Positions 18,243 through 36,031 of a stretch of DNA of 43,936 bases are shown piece by piece. This stretch comes from Prevotellaceae bacterium (GTDB taxonomy: Bacteria; Bacteroidota; Bacteroidia; Bacteroidales; UBA932). The stretch is taken from contig JAIROF010000173.1 in NCBI GenBank assembly GCA_031257655.1, positions 1-43,936 of the forward strand, read 5' to 3'. The notes beneath the pieces are model-generated. The model searched no databases, was not told the origin of the DNA, and worked only from the letters and a program-made list of their open reading frames with translations. The translations under genes and the position numbers were made by a program. Each line of letters starts with the position of its first letter. Positions within the stretch are counted from its first letter, which is position 1.

Positions 18243-20333
18243 ATGGCTGTTTTAGAATCACTCAGAAACAAAGCCGGAGCGCTTTTAGTGGGCGTCATAG
18301 GCCTTGCCCTGCTCAGCTTTGTGCTCGGCGACCTGTTTGGAAATGGCGGGGGCGGACTATTTGCGTCGACCAACGACGTAGGGGAAATAAACGGGCGCAC
18401 AATCTCCTACGAGGAATACCAGCAAGCGGTAGACCACTACACGGGCGTCTACCTTGCCATGTACGGGCAAAACTCCACGAGCGAAGCCGTGACGGAAGAA
18501 ATCCGGGAGCAGGCGTGGCAAGGGCTTGTGCAGAAGTACGTGTACGACAAAAAGTACGCCGAGCTGGGGATAGCGGTATCGAGCGACGAGCTGTTTGACC
18601 TGATACAGGGGCGCAACCCGTCGCCGCTGGTGATACGCAACTTCACCAACCCCCAAACCGGCGAATTTGACCGCGGGTACGTGCTGCGCTACCTGCAAAA
18701 CATGGAGCAAAACCCCGACGCCAAAACCTACTGGCTCTTTCTGGAAAAAGAGATCGTCAACCAGCGCAAGCAAGCCAAGCTGTCGGGGCTGGTAGCAAAA
18801 GCCCTGTACATCACCGCCGCCGATGCCAAAAACACGCTGGGCAACGGCACCAATTCGGTAGCAATACAGTACGTCTCCAAGCCCCTGAGCAGCTACCCCG
18901 ACAGCCTGATAAAAATCACCGCGAGCGAAATCAAAAAATACTACCGCGACCACAAGCAGCAGTACAAGCAGAGCGCCTCCCGCGACCTGGAGGTGGTGAG
19001 CTTTCCCATTCTACCCTCGGAGGAGGACGACAAGGCCACCGGCAGCTGGATAGGAAACCTTGCGCCGGAGTTCAAAACCGCCACCGACGTAGCCCAGTTC
19101 ACCACGCTGCACTCCGACGTACCCTTCGACGCTACCTACCACAAAAAGGGCGAGCTGCCCGCGCTGCTCGACAGCTTTGCCTTTTCGTCGGGCAAAAGCG
19201 ACATGCTCGGCCCCCTGTCGGACAACGGCGCATACAAAATGGCGCGCATTGCCGACGCGCGAATGCTGCCCGATTCCGTCAAAGCGCAGCATATCCTCTT
19301 AGACGTATCTAAGGGAATGGAGGCCACGCGCAAAACCGCCGACAGCATCCGCACAGCCCTCCAAAAAGGCGCCAAGTTTGCAGAGCTGGCCACGAAATAC
19401 TCCGTTGACCAAACCGCCAACGAAAAAGGCGGCGACCTGGGCTGGTTTGCACAAAACGCTATGGTAAAACCGTTTGGAGATTCCTGCTTCTTTGCCCCAA
19501 AGGGGCGCGTGCTGGTGGTAGAAACGCAGTTTGGCGTGCACGTAGTAGAGGTTACCGACAAGGGTAAGGCCGAAAAGAAGGTTCAGCTGGCGGTGGTATC
19601 GCGCGCGGTAGAGCCAAGCCGCACCACGCGCGAGCGCATCTTTAGCAGCGCCAACGAGCTGGCTACGCTGGCTACCGACCACGCCGCGTTCGTTGCCAAA
19701 AGCGACGAAAAGGGGTATTCCCGCAGGCCGGCGCAGCGCATCACCATAAACGACAAAAACGTGGCAGGCCTCCAGCAGGCGCGGGACATCGTGCGCTGGG
19801 CCTACAACGGAGAGGAGGGCGACATATCGCCCATCTTTGAGGTGGACAACCACTTTGTGGTGGCCGCCATCACCGCAGTGCGCGAAGATGGCTACGCGCC
19901 GGTAAGGCAGGTTGCCGCCGAAATTTCGGCAGAGCTGACGCGCAAAAAGAAAGCCGCCGCCATTGCCGAAGAAATGCAGGGCGCAGAGAGCCTGCAAAGC
20001 CTTGCCGAGCGCCTCAACCTGAGCGTGCAAACGCTGGACAACGTCGGTTTCTCCAGCTTCTACCTCACGGGCATTGGCATGGAGCCCACCCTGTCGGCCG
20101 CAGCCTCCGTTGCAAACGAAAACCAAATTTCGGCGCCAATAGAGGGGCAAACGGGCGTGTACGTGTTCACCGTAACCGCCGTAACCGCCGCCAACACCGC
20201 CGACGACGAAAACCTGATAGCGCAAGAAAAAGTGCGCCAGCAGGCCTCCCTCTCCATGCGCACAGCCTACGAGCTGGCCGAAGCCCTGCGCACCGAAGCC
20301 AACATAAAAGACCTGCGCGGAAAGATATACTAA
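18243..20333 (+). CDS. ppiD: periplasmic chaperone/peptidyl-prolyl isomerase PpiD-like (SurA_N + parvulin)
   Basis: Start at ATG 18243: MAVLESLRNKAGALLVGVIGLALLSFVLG, an N-terminal anchor. The parvulin segment is VKAQHILL...KYSVDQTANEKGGDLGWF...FGVHVVEVTDKG. Confidence 0.85.
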   Translation: MAVLESLRNKAGALLVGVIGLALLSFVLGDLFGNGGGGLFASTNDVGEINGRTISYEEYQQAVDHYTGVYLAMYGQNSTSEAVTEEIREQAWQGLVQKYVYDKKYAELGIAVSSDELFDLIQGRNPSPLVIRNFTNPQTGEFDRGYVLRYLQNMEQNPDAKTYWLFLEKEIVNQRKQAKLSGLVAKALYITAADAKNTLGNGTNSVAIQYVSKPLSSYPDSLIKITASEIKKYYRDHKQQYKQSASRDLEVVSFPILPSEEDDKATGSWIGNLAPEFKTATDVAQFTTLHSDVPFDATYHKKGELPALLDSFAFSSGKSDMLGPLSDNGAYKMARIADARMLPDSVKAQHILLDVSKGMEATRKTADSIRTALQKGAKFAELATKYSVDQTANEKGGDLGWFAQNAMVKPFGDSCFFAPKGRVLVVETQFGVHVVEVTDKGKAEKKVQLAVVSRAVEPSRTTRERIFSSANELATLATDHAAFVAKSDEKGYSRRPAQRITINDKNVAGLQQARDIVRWAYNGEEGDISPIFEVDNHFVVAAITAVREDGYAPVRQVAAEISAELTRKKKAAAIAEEMQGAESLQSLAERLNLSVQTLDNVGFSSFYLTGIGMEPTLSAAASVANENQISAPIEGQTGVYVFTVTAVTAANTADDENLIAQEKVRQQASLSMRTAYELAEALRTEANIKDLRGKIY

Positions 20334-20357
20334 GAAGCGCTTTGCGCATACGCGGCT

Positions 20358-20891
20358 TTTGTCTGAACTCGGATTTTTGGGATTTGGATGATTAGGATGA
20401 TTGCTGACGCATGGTACGTTCTCTTTGTCTGAACTCAGATTTTTGGATGGCGTCTATGTTTGCTTGACATAATTCGTAAACAAGTAAAAATCAGGATTGT
20501 GGCATAAATTTGGGGGCGAAAAACCTCATTTACTCACTCGTTCCTATTTTTGGTGTTCGTGAGCTCGCTACGCTCATTTACACCTCATTTCCCTAACAAA
20601 ACAACCTCAGTAGCCGAGCAAACAACAACATGTAACAACCTCATTACCTCATTATTAACGAAGATTTGCGGACGGATGTCGAAAATTGGAGACGAGCAAA
20701 CGGAAAATGAGGTAATGAGGTTGGATGGTGGTTTGCCAACTCATTGCTACTGAGGTTGTTTTGTTAGGAAAATGAGGTGTAAAATGAGGTTTTCCGGGCG
20801 CAAGCAAAATCTTTCCTCCCCCTCGTTTCCTAACGAGGGGGAAATGGTCTTACGTTTTATATCAATCAAACATAGACGCCACCCAAAAATC
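20358..20891. repeat. nested inverted/direct repeat element (MITE-like or structured RNA locus)
   Basis: Direct repeat TTTGTCTGAACTC[G/A]GATTTTTGG at 20358-20380 and 20424-20446. Outer 25-nt inverted repeat at 20438-20462 and 20867-20891, 1 mismatch. 36-nt inverted repeat at 20579-20614 and 20746-20781, 1 mismatch. Inner 17-nt perfect inverted repeat at 20637-20653 and 20706-20722. There are multiple CCTCATT / AATGAGG copies. A 10-bp GC hairpin lies at 20817-20840. Confidence 0.7.
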
Positions 20892-23184
20892 ACCGCACCG
20901 CATTTATCACGTGCCTTGAGCCGCTCACGTAAATGCTTTCCACCTGCTTGTCGTACTCAAACACGGTGATGAAGGCGTCTGTGTATCCAAGCCTTATAAA
21001 CTGCCGAAGCAGCTTGCGCGCCTCTTCAATTCGTACAAAAGAGCCGTAGGTAAACCTCGTCGCCAAGCCGGTACCGTCGTTTCGCCGCGTGTACTGCAGG
21101 TCAAACTGCGGGTAGGTTTGGCGGAGCATGGTGAAGTATTCCCAGTCGGTTTCCTCCCAGTTGGTCAGGATTTGTATTCGATATTCGCGGGGCAGCACCT
21201 TCATCCGGTTTCGGGGTCTTTCGGAGCGGTCTATCACTTCGCGCGCGCTGCTAAACTCTTTTTTTGAGGTCATTTCTATTACCGTTTCCTCCTCCTCCAA
21301 AAAGACGGTCGAGAGTATCCTGATGGGGTCGGTAGATCGGTAGCGCTCTTTGAAACCGGCAATTGTATATCGGGCGTCTTTTTTGAGGGCAAAGCTGAAG
21401 GTTCCATCTTTTCCGCACTCTTTACACTCGGAGGTTCTTGTGGCGTCGTGTGTGACGCAAATTTTGGCGTTTGGCACCGGGTTTCGCGTGTCCTTATCGA
21501 CCACTTTCCCCAAAAAGCTTATTTGCCGCTTTTCTGTCGCCATTTTTTCTGCGTCAGCGGCGGTGGCAGGCGGCAGGGTTCTTAGGCCTCCTGCGCCTGC
21601 CACGGCAGCGGCAGGGCCGGCGGCGGCGGCTGAGTCGGCGGCGGCAGCAGCAGCAGCAGCAGCGGCGGCAGTTGTGGTAGTAGTGGTAGTGGTGGTTCTA
21701 ATGGTGGTGATGGTAGCGCCGGTCAGGCTATCTACCACAAGTATTGTATCTGCAGCGGCTACCAGCGTTTCAGGCTCCTCCTCGTCCGGCTCCTCTTCGT
21801 CAGGGTCGGGCAGGAGCTGGGATTTGGATATTTTCGGTCCTGGTATTCGGAACATGTATATATCGTCGCTACCCTTACCGCCGGGTCTGTTGGAGGAAAA
21901 GTAGCCCAGGGTGTCTGCTTTGCCCAGGAGGTTTTCGCTAAAAGCGTCCACCATGTAGGAGTAGTCGTCGGCGCTGCTGTTGATGGGCGCCCTCATGTTT
22001 TTCGGAGGAGTCCACTTTCCTTTTACCCTTTTTGAGTAAAAGATGTCTAATCCGCCCATCCCCGGGTGTCGGTCGGAGGAGAAGTAGAGGGTACCTGCGG
22101 GGTCGATGGTAGGGAAGACTTCGTTGCCAGGGGTGTTTACCGGCGTTCCCAGGTTGAATGGGGCGCCCCATCGCTTGTCGGCGGGCTGCCGAACGCAGCA
22201 CCACAGGTCCATTCCGCCCTGTCCGCCGGGCATGTCGGAGACAAAGTAGAGGGTATCGCCGTTAGCGCTCAGGCATGGGTGCATTACGGAGTGGTTGTCG
22301 TAGTCAAACGACACCACGTATTCGTCCCACTTTCCATCCGTCCGCCCCACAGCGCGTATTTCCAGGTTTTCTGTAACGATGCGCACCTTTTCCTTTCCCA
22401 TTTTAATAGTTTTCACCTCCCCTTTTCTGCCGGTGCAGGTATAGAAGAATAGGGTAGTATCCATTCTTGCCATTCCGAAAGGACCGGACTGCATGCCCTT
22501 TCGGTTGATAGGCGAAGGGAGGAGCTTTGGAGCGATCCAGGAGAGCGCGGAGTCTTTCGTTGATTTTGTAGCGGTAAAAGCCCTCAGGAGGTATCCCACG
22601 TGCTGTCGTTTTCCGGTGCAGGAGGGGTTTTCGCCGGGCCGGTCGGAGCAAAAGACCAGCTCGCGGGTCGAGTAGGGCATGGCGCCCCATTCGGAGTAGC
22701 AGGTGTTGACGTCGCTCAGGTTTGTTACCTGGTGCTTTGTCGGCTTTTTTGTCCACTGCACGGCGTTGTTGCAGGCGTCAATAATTCGCTGGGTTTGCTC
22801 GGCGTAGGCGGGGTCTGCCTTTTTCGCCTCATTTGCCTTTTGCTTTGCCTCGGCGTACTTTTTGTTGTGCAGGAGAATTTCTGCGTATCTGCATAGGGTA
22901 GCGGCATCTTTAGCTTTTGCCGCCAGGAGCTGGTATGCGCTTTCGGCCTTATCAAATTCGCTAAGCGCCCGGTAGCATCGGGCAATACCCTCGAGCGACA
23001 GCCGCGCCACTTTTGCATTGTCGTGCTGTCTGTCCTTTTCATATAGCACAATGGCGCCAAAATAATCGCTACGCATTTCCCGTTCGCGAGCTTTGAGCTG
23101 CGAGCGCGTTTCCTGCTGTGCCGTTGCCTGCAAAGCAAGGAGAAAGCTTAGCATGCCAATGAATAAAAACCGGTATAATTTCAT
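20890..23184 (-). CDS. PorE-like T9SS-associated protein: TPR + PD40/TolB-type beta-propeller + CarboxypepD_reg-like domain + C-terminal SPOR-like domain
   Basis: ATG 23184 gives the signal peptide MKLYRFLFIGMLSFLLALQATAQQ; the track ORF begins at an upstream TTG. TPR helices include AESAYQLLAAKAKDAATLCRYAEILLHNKKYAEAKQKANEAKK. PD40 blades are LVFCSDRPG, LYFVSDMPGGQGGMDLW, LYFSSDRHPGMGGLDIFYS and GYFSSNRPGGKGSDDIYMF. The CRD-like segment is FLGKVVDKDTRNPVPNAKICVTHD...DGTFSFALKKDARYTIAGFKERY. The SPOR-like end is YRIQILTNWEE...FTYGSFVRIEEARKLLRQFIRLGYTDAFITVF. Confidence 0.7.
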   Translation of the reverse strand: MKLYRFLFIGMLSFLLALQATAQQETRSQLKAREREMRSDYFGAIVLYEKDRQHDNAKVARLSLEGIARCYRALSEFDKAESAYQLLAAKAKDAATLCRYAEILLHNKKYAEAKQKANEAKKADPAYAEQTQRIIDACNNAVQWTKKPTKHQVTNLSDVNTCYSEWGAMPYSTRELVFCSDRPGENPSCTGKRQHVGYLLRAFTATKSTKDSALSWIAPKLLPSPINRKGMQSGPFGMARMDTTLFFYTCTGRKGEVKTIKMGKEKVRIVTENLEIRAVGRTDGKWDEYVVSFDYDNHSVMHPCLSANGDTLYFVSDMPGGQGGMDLWCCVRQPADKRWGAPFNLGTPVNTPGNEVFPTIDPAGTLYFSSDRHPGMGGLDIFYSKRVKGKWTPPKNMRAPINSSADDYSYMVDAFSENLLGKADTLGYFSSNRPGGKGSDDIYMFRIPGPKISKSQLLPDPDEEEPDEEEPETLVAAADTILVVDSLTGATITTIRTTTTTTTTTAAAAAAAAAAADSAAAAGPAAAVAGAGGLRTLPPATAADAEKMATEKRQISFLGKVVDKDTRNPVPNAKICVTHDATRTSECKECGKDGTFSFALKKDARYTIAGFKERYRSTDPIRILSTVFLEEEETVIEMTSKKEFSSAREVIDRSERPRNRMKVLPREYRIQILTNWEETDWEYFTMLRQTYPQFDLQYTRRNDGTGLATRFTYGSFVRIEEARKLLRQFIRLGYTDAFITVFEYDKQVESIYVSGSRHVINAVR
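21590..21700. repeat. GC-rich trinucleotide repeat tract encoding a poly-Thr/poly-Ala linker
   Basis: The + strand reads GGCGGCGGCGGC...GGCGGCGGCAGCAGCAGCAGCAGCAGCGGCGGC...GTGGTAGTAGTGGTAGTGGTGGT. On the - strand this encodes TTTTTTTTAAAAAAAAAAAADSAAAAGPAAAVAGAGG inside the PorE-like ORF. Confidence 0.9.
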
Positions 23185-23300
23185 AGCTTGTTTTTTAATT
23201 GACAATTAGTAATTGGCAATTGGGAGGCTTGTAGCCATTTGCTGTTATATTTTTACTATAGTACTGTTAGGTCATTTTGCGCAAGCGTACATCGGGCGTC

Positions 23301-23486
23301 TTACCTTCCGGTTCTACGGAAGGTAACGCGGGGTAAAACCCCACGCTACGCCATGCGGGGCCGTGCGACAAGGGCAGGCTTTCAAATTCTCAATTATTGC
23401 AAGGCTGGAGCCTTGCTTTTAACCCGACGTAGCGTAGACGCTACGCCGAGCGGGATTTTTAGTTCTTAACTCTTAGCTCTTAGCTC

Positions 23487-23497
<11 letters not shown>
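23301..23497. repeat. GC-rich hairpin modules followed by a degenerate period-7 array (TTTTTAG TTCTTAA CTCTTAG x3 CTCTTCC)
   Basis: Hairpins: TTACCTTCCG/CGGAAGGTAA (23301-23326), GCAAGGCT/AGCCTTGC + TTTT (23399-23420) and CGTAGCGT/ACGCTACG (23428-23445). The direct repeat ACGCTACGCC occurs at 23343-23352 and 23438-23447. The heptads span 23456-23497 and overlap the adhesin stop codon (23487-23489). Confidence 0.75.
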
Positions 23498-32771
<9,274 letters not shown>

Positions 32772-32914
32772 GTCAATTTTTTTTTAAGCCTAAAAACACC
32801 ATGTAGAAAAAAGGAATAATTTTGCTGCTATACTTCATCATCCAGCTCCCTTGCGCTAATTTTTCCACCTACATTCATATTTTTCGCGTGGTTTTTCAAG
32901 TTCATTTTTAAGAT

Positions 32915-33916
32915 TTAAAAATTCTTCGGGTTTCTCACCACGGGCACCTTTCTGGCGAAGGTAAAACCGAGTGAGATTTCGTGGCTTCCGTTCTGCACAT
33001 TTCCCACCTTCATGCGCGCTATAGAGAAGTCGTAGCAGTATCCTATTCTCAGGGATTGGGTTATCCACCCTTCGAGCATAACGGCCAAGGCGTTCATCAT
33101 GGCGAGGTTGCTGCCCAGGGTAGCGTTTGGTGGGTTTAGGGGCAACACCATGCGCGCGCCAACCCCCAGCCAGACAATATCGTTGTACGTGAGGCCTACG
33201 TTTGCGTCGATCAGGGGCCTGTCGTTGAGGGTGTAGCAGGCCAGCAGGGAGGGCGAAATTCTCCAGGCGTCGTTAAGGTAGTAGTGCATTCCCCCCATTA
33301 GGTAGAAGTGCGGGTTGTATATGTACAGGGAATCGTCTGTTTTGAAGCGGATAAAGGTTCCGAGGTTTGATACGGACAGGCTTGCGTAGGCCATTTTTCC
33401 GTAGCTGTAGTATGCGCCCAGCTTAAAATCCGGTCTCCACCTGGTTTCTGCGGCGAGGATATCGTCGCCGTCCTGGTATATAGGCTGCCCGTTGCTGCTG
33501 AGGCCGGCTGCGCTAATTCCCCCAAAGGCCTCCTGCATGGCGCCGGCCGCAAGTCCGAGGCTGAGCCTGTCGTCGAGCTCGTTGAGGCGTATTCTGTAGG
33601 CGTAGCTGGCGTATGCGCCCAGGGTCTTCATAAGCCCCAGCTGCTCGCCCACTACCGATAGCCCCCAGCCCATGCTGTTGCTCTGGGTGAGCACCCCGTC
33701 TACCGACCCCAGCTCCGAGCGCGGCGCCCCCTCCAAGCCCTGCCACTGCATGCGGTAAAGCACCTGGGCGTTGAACGTTTCGTAGCTGCCTGCAAGCGCA
33801 GGGTTAAGCGTTAAACCATTGAACATATACTGGCTAAGCTGAACTTCTTGCTGGGCGCGAACGCAAGGCGCCAGCAGCACCGCCAGCATCAGCACAAAAG
33901 TAATGCGTATTTTCAT
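32915..33916 (-). CDS. PorP/SprF-family type IX secretion system membrane protein
   Basis: 333-aa ORF. A signal peptide is followed by the family-typical N-terminus AQQEVQLSQYMFNGLTLNPALAGSYE. The body is beta-barrel-like. It lies directly upstream of the type-B CTD cargo. Confidence 0.85.
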   Translation of the reverse strand: MKIRITFVLMLAVLLAPCVRAQQEVQLSQYMFNGLTLNPALAGSYETFNAQVLYRMQWQGLEGAPRSELGSVDGVLTQSNSMGWGLSVVGEQLGLMKTLGAYASYAYRIRLNELDDRLSLGLAAGAMQEAFGGISAAGLSSNGQPIYQDGDDILAAETRWRPDFKLGAYYSYGKMAYASLSVSNLGTFIRFKTDDSLYIYNPHFYLMGGMHYYLNDAWRISPSLLACYTLNDRPLIDANVGLTYNDIVWLGVGARMVLPLNPPNATLGSNLAMMNALAVMLEGWITQSLRIGYCYDFSIARMKVGNVQNGSHEISLGFTFARKVPVVRNPKNF

Positions 33917-33986
33917 TTGCTCTGTTGCAATATTTTCTTACGTTAGTAGCACTCCCTATTATTGTGGTATATAGTACACCATCCGG

Positions 33987-33994
33987 CAAAGGTA
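33987..33994 (-). promoter_or_regulatory. -7 promoter box (TACCTTTG) for the porP-like/adhesin operon
   Basis: Exact TAnnTTTG on the - strand, 71 nt upstream of the ATG at 33916. I saw no comparable box in the 143-nt gap before the adhesin gene. Confidence 0.35.
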
Positions 33995-34221
33995 AAAAAT
34001 TAATTATAAACCCCCTCATCTTCTTAACATTTTTTCGTCGTAAATTGCTTGTAAGCTCCAAAATTCAGGGTTTCCGCGCCCTGCGCCGAGCCGTAAAGGA
34101 GGTTCGCCATCCCGCCCGGCGCCTGGCTTTGGCGCCAATTTTCGGCGCCGGCGCGGCGCTGGCGCGGGTTCGGCGTAGGGGCGCCAAAAATCCGAGCTCG
34201 GGCAATAGATGCGCTCCGCCT

Positions 34222-35673
34222 TCACCCCACACTGCCCTCCAGGTTGATCTGGAGGAGCTTTTGCGCCTCTACGGCAAACTCCATGGGGAGCTTGTTGAGC
34301 ACTTCGCGGGCATATCCGTTTACGATTAGCCCCAGGGCGTCTTCGGTTGCAATGCCGCGCTGGTTGCAGTAGAAAAGCTGGTCTTCGCCGATTTTGGAGG
34401 TGGTGGCTTCGTGCTCCACCACGGCGTCGGGGTTGTTGACCTCAATGCGGGGAAAGGTGTGCGCGCCGCACTTGTCGCCCAAAAGCAGGCTGTCGCACTG
34501 CGAAAAGTTGTGCGCCCCAAGCGCCTGCTTCCCCACCTTTACCAGCCCGCGGTACGAATTTTGGCTTCGCCCCGCCGATATTCCCTTGCTGACGATGCGG
34601 CTGCTGGTGTTTTTTCCGACGTGCAGCATCTTTGTTCCGGTGTCGGCCTGCTGGCAGCTGTTGGTGAGCGCCACCGAGTAGAACTCCGACGAGGAGGATT
34701 CGCCGAGCAGGATCGTGCTCGGGTACTTCCAGGTGATGGCCGAACCGGTTTCGACCTGCGCCCACGAAAGCTTTGCGTTGGCCTCCTTGCAGAGGCCTCT
34801 CTTGGTCACAAAGTTGAAGATGCCGCCCCGCCCCCTCTTGTCGCCCGGATACCAGTTCTGCACCGTAGCGTACTTTACCTCGGCATTCTTCATCACCACA
34901 ATTTCGACCACGGCGGCGTGGAGCTGGTTTTCGTCGCGCTGTGGGGCGGTGCAGCCCTCTAAGTAGGATACGTAGCTCCCCTCCTCGGCCACAATGAGGG
35001 TGCGCTCAAACTGCCCTGTACCCCTTGCGTTGATTCGGAAGTAGCTCGACAGCTCCATGGGGCAGCGCACGCCCGCAGGGATGTAGCAAAACGATCCGTC
35101 GCTGAAAACCGCCGAGTTGAGCGCCGCAAAAAAGTTATCGCCCACCGGCACAACCGACGCAAGGTACTTCTGCACCAGCTGCGGATGCTCCTGCACGGCC
35201 TCGCCAAAGGAGCAAAATATGACGCCCTTTTCGGCCAGGGCGGCGCGAAAGGTCGTCTTTACCGACACGCTGTCCATCACCGCGTCGACCGCCACGCCTG
35301 CGAGGGCCTTCTGCTCTTCGAGGGGGATGCCCAGCTTGTTGAAGGTAGCCCTCAGCGCGGGGTCAACCTCGTCCATCGTCTTTTTTAGAGCGTCTGGCTT
35401 GGGCGCGGCGTAGTAGATAATATCTTGGTAGTCTATTTCGGGGATTTGCAGGTGCGCCCACGTGGGCGCCGTCATCCCCAGCCAGCGGCGGTAGGCGTTG
35501 AGGCGAAAGGCGAGCAGCCACTCCGGCTCGCGCTTCTTTGCCGAAATGAGCCGCACCACCTCCTCGCTCAGCCCCTTGGGAATGAGCTCGCTCTCAACGT
35601 TGGTGGTGAAGCCGTACTTGTAGTCGCCGCCGGCAATATCTTTTAGGATGTCTTCGGATGCCATTTTTTTCAT
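34222..35673 (-). CDS. sufB: Fe-S cluster assembly protein SufB
   Basis: Start at ATG 35673 ([24 protein letters not shown]); 35664 is also possible, and the track start is an upstream TTG. Diagnostic sequences: [49 protein letters not shown]. Confidence 0.93.
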   Translation of the reverse strand: MKKMASEDILKDIAGGDYKYGFTTNVESELIPKGLSEEVVRLISAKKREPEWLLAFRLNAYRRWLGMTAPTWAHLQIPEIDYQDIIYYAAPKPDALKKTMDEVDPALRATFNKLGIPLEEQKALAGVAVDAVMDSVSVKTTFRAALAEKGVIFCSFGEAVQEHPQLVQKYLASVVPVGDNFFAALNSAVFSDGSFCYIPAGVRCPMELSSYFRINARGTGQFERTLIVAEEGSYVSYLEGCTAPQRDENQLHAAVVEIVVMKNAEVKYATVQNWYPGDKRGRGGIFNFVTKRGLCKEANAKLSWAQVETGSAITWKYPSTILLGESSSSEFYSVALTNSCQQADTGTKMLHVGKNTSSRIVSKGISAGRSQNSYRGLVKVGKQALGAHNFSQCDSLLLGDKCGAHTFPRIEVNNPDAVVEHEATTSKIGEDQLFYCNQRGIATEDALGLIVNGYAREVLNKLPMEFAVEAQKLLQINLEGSVG

Positions 35674-35736
35674 TTTTCGGCTACGAAGATACAAAATAAT
35701 GCTGACGTTTTGCTGGGGATAGGACGCAGGGGCAAG

Positions 35737-35990
35737 AAACTAAAAACTAAAAACTAAAAACTAAAAACTGCGCAAGGCGGCAACCCCTCGCCAAGCATTT
35801 TCGTAGGGCAACGCCCTACGAAAATGGCGCTTCGGCAGGACGCGGTAACAGGTAATAGTTGTGCGAAGCGCTTTAGTTTTTAGTTTTTAGTTTTTAGTTT
35901 TTAGTTTCTTCGTCCTGCCGAATTACAAATTCGGCAGAACGAAGTTGTGCGAAGCGCTTTAGTTTTTAGTTCTTAGTTCTTAGTTCTTAT
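35737..35990. repeat. period-7 satellite arrays in inverted orientation plus hairpin modules and a 25-nt direct repeat
   Basis: (CTAAAAA)x4 at 35740-35767 faces (TTTTTAG)x4 at about 35877-35904. Between them is the hairpin TTTTCGTAGGG-CAAC-GCCCTACGAAAA (about 35798-35824). A second hairpin, CTGCCGAATT-ACAA-ATTCGGCAG, lies at about 35914-35936. The direct repeat AGTTGTGCGAAGCGCTTTAGTTTTT occurs at 35857-35881 and 35943-35967. A terminal array TTTTTAG TTCTTAG TTCTTAG TTCTTAT spans 35963-35990. Confidence 0.8.
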
Positions 35991-35998
35991 AAATTTGC

Positions 35999-36006
35999 TA
36001 TATTTG
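35999..36006 (+). promoter_or_regulatory. -7 promoter box (TATATTTG) for the RNA-ligase-like gene
   Basis: Exact TAnnTTTG, 26 nt upstream of the ATG at 36032 and immediately downstream of the heptad array. Confidence 0.45.
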
Positions 36007-36031
36007 CAGGAGTTCCAAAACAAATATAGCA

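Noticed and set aside
20550-20969. Two small ORFs (67 and 65 aa) in the ppiD / PorE-like spacer
   Set aside because: They lie within and across the arms of the nested inverted repeats. Their sequences are dictated by the repeat (CCTCATT units) and the second runs into the PorE-like gene antisense.
33925-34329. 134-aa ORF on the + strand, and the 69-aa ORF on the - strand at 34016-34225
   Set aside because: The first overlaps the sufB 3' end antisense. Both are Arg/Ala/Pro-rich GC shadows with no start context or motifs.
35737-35990. Possible CRISPR array, given the regularly spaced short repeats
   Set aside because: The units are contiguous 7-mers with no spacers, and no cas genes are nearby. 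It is a microsatellite/inverted-repeat structure instead.
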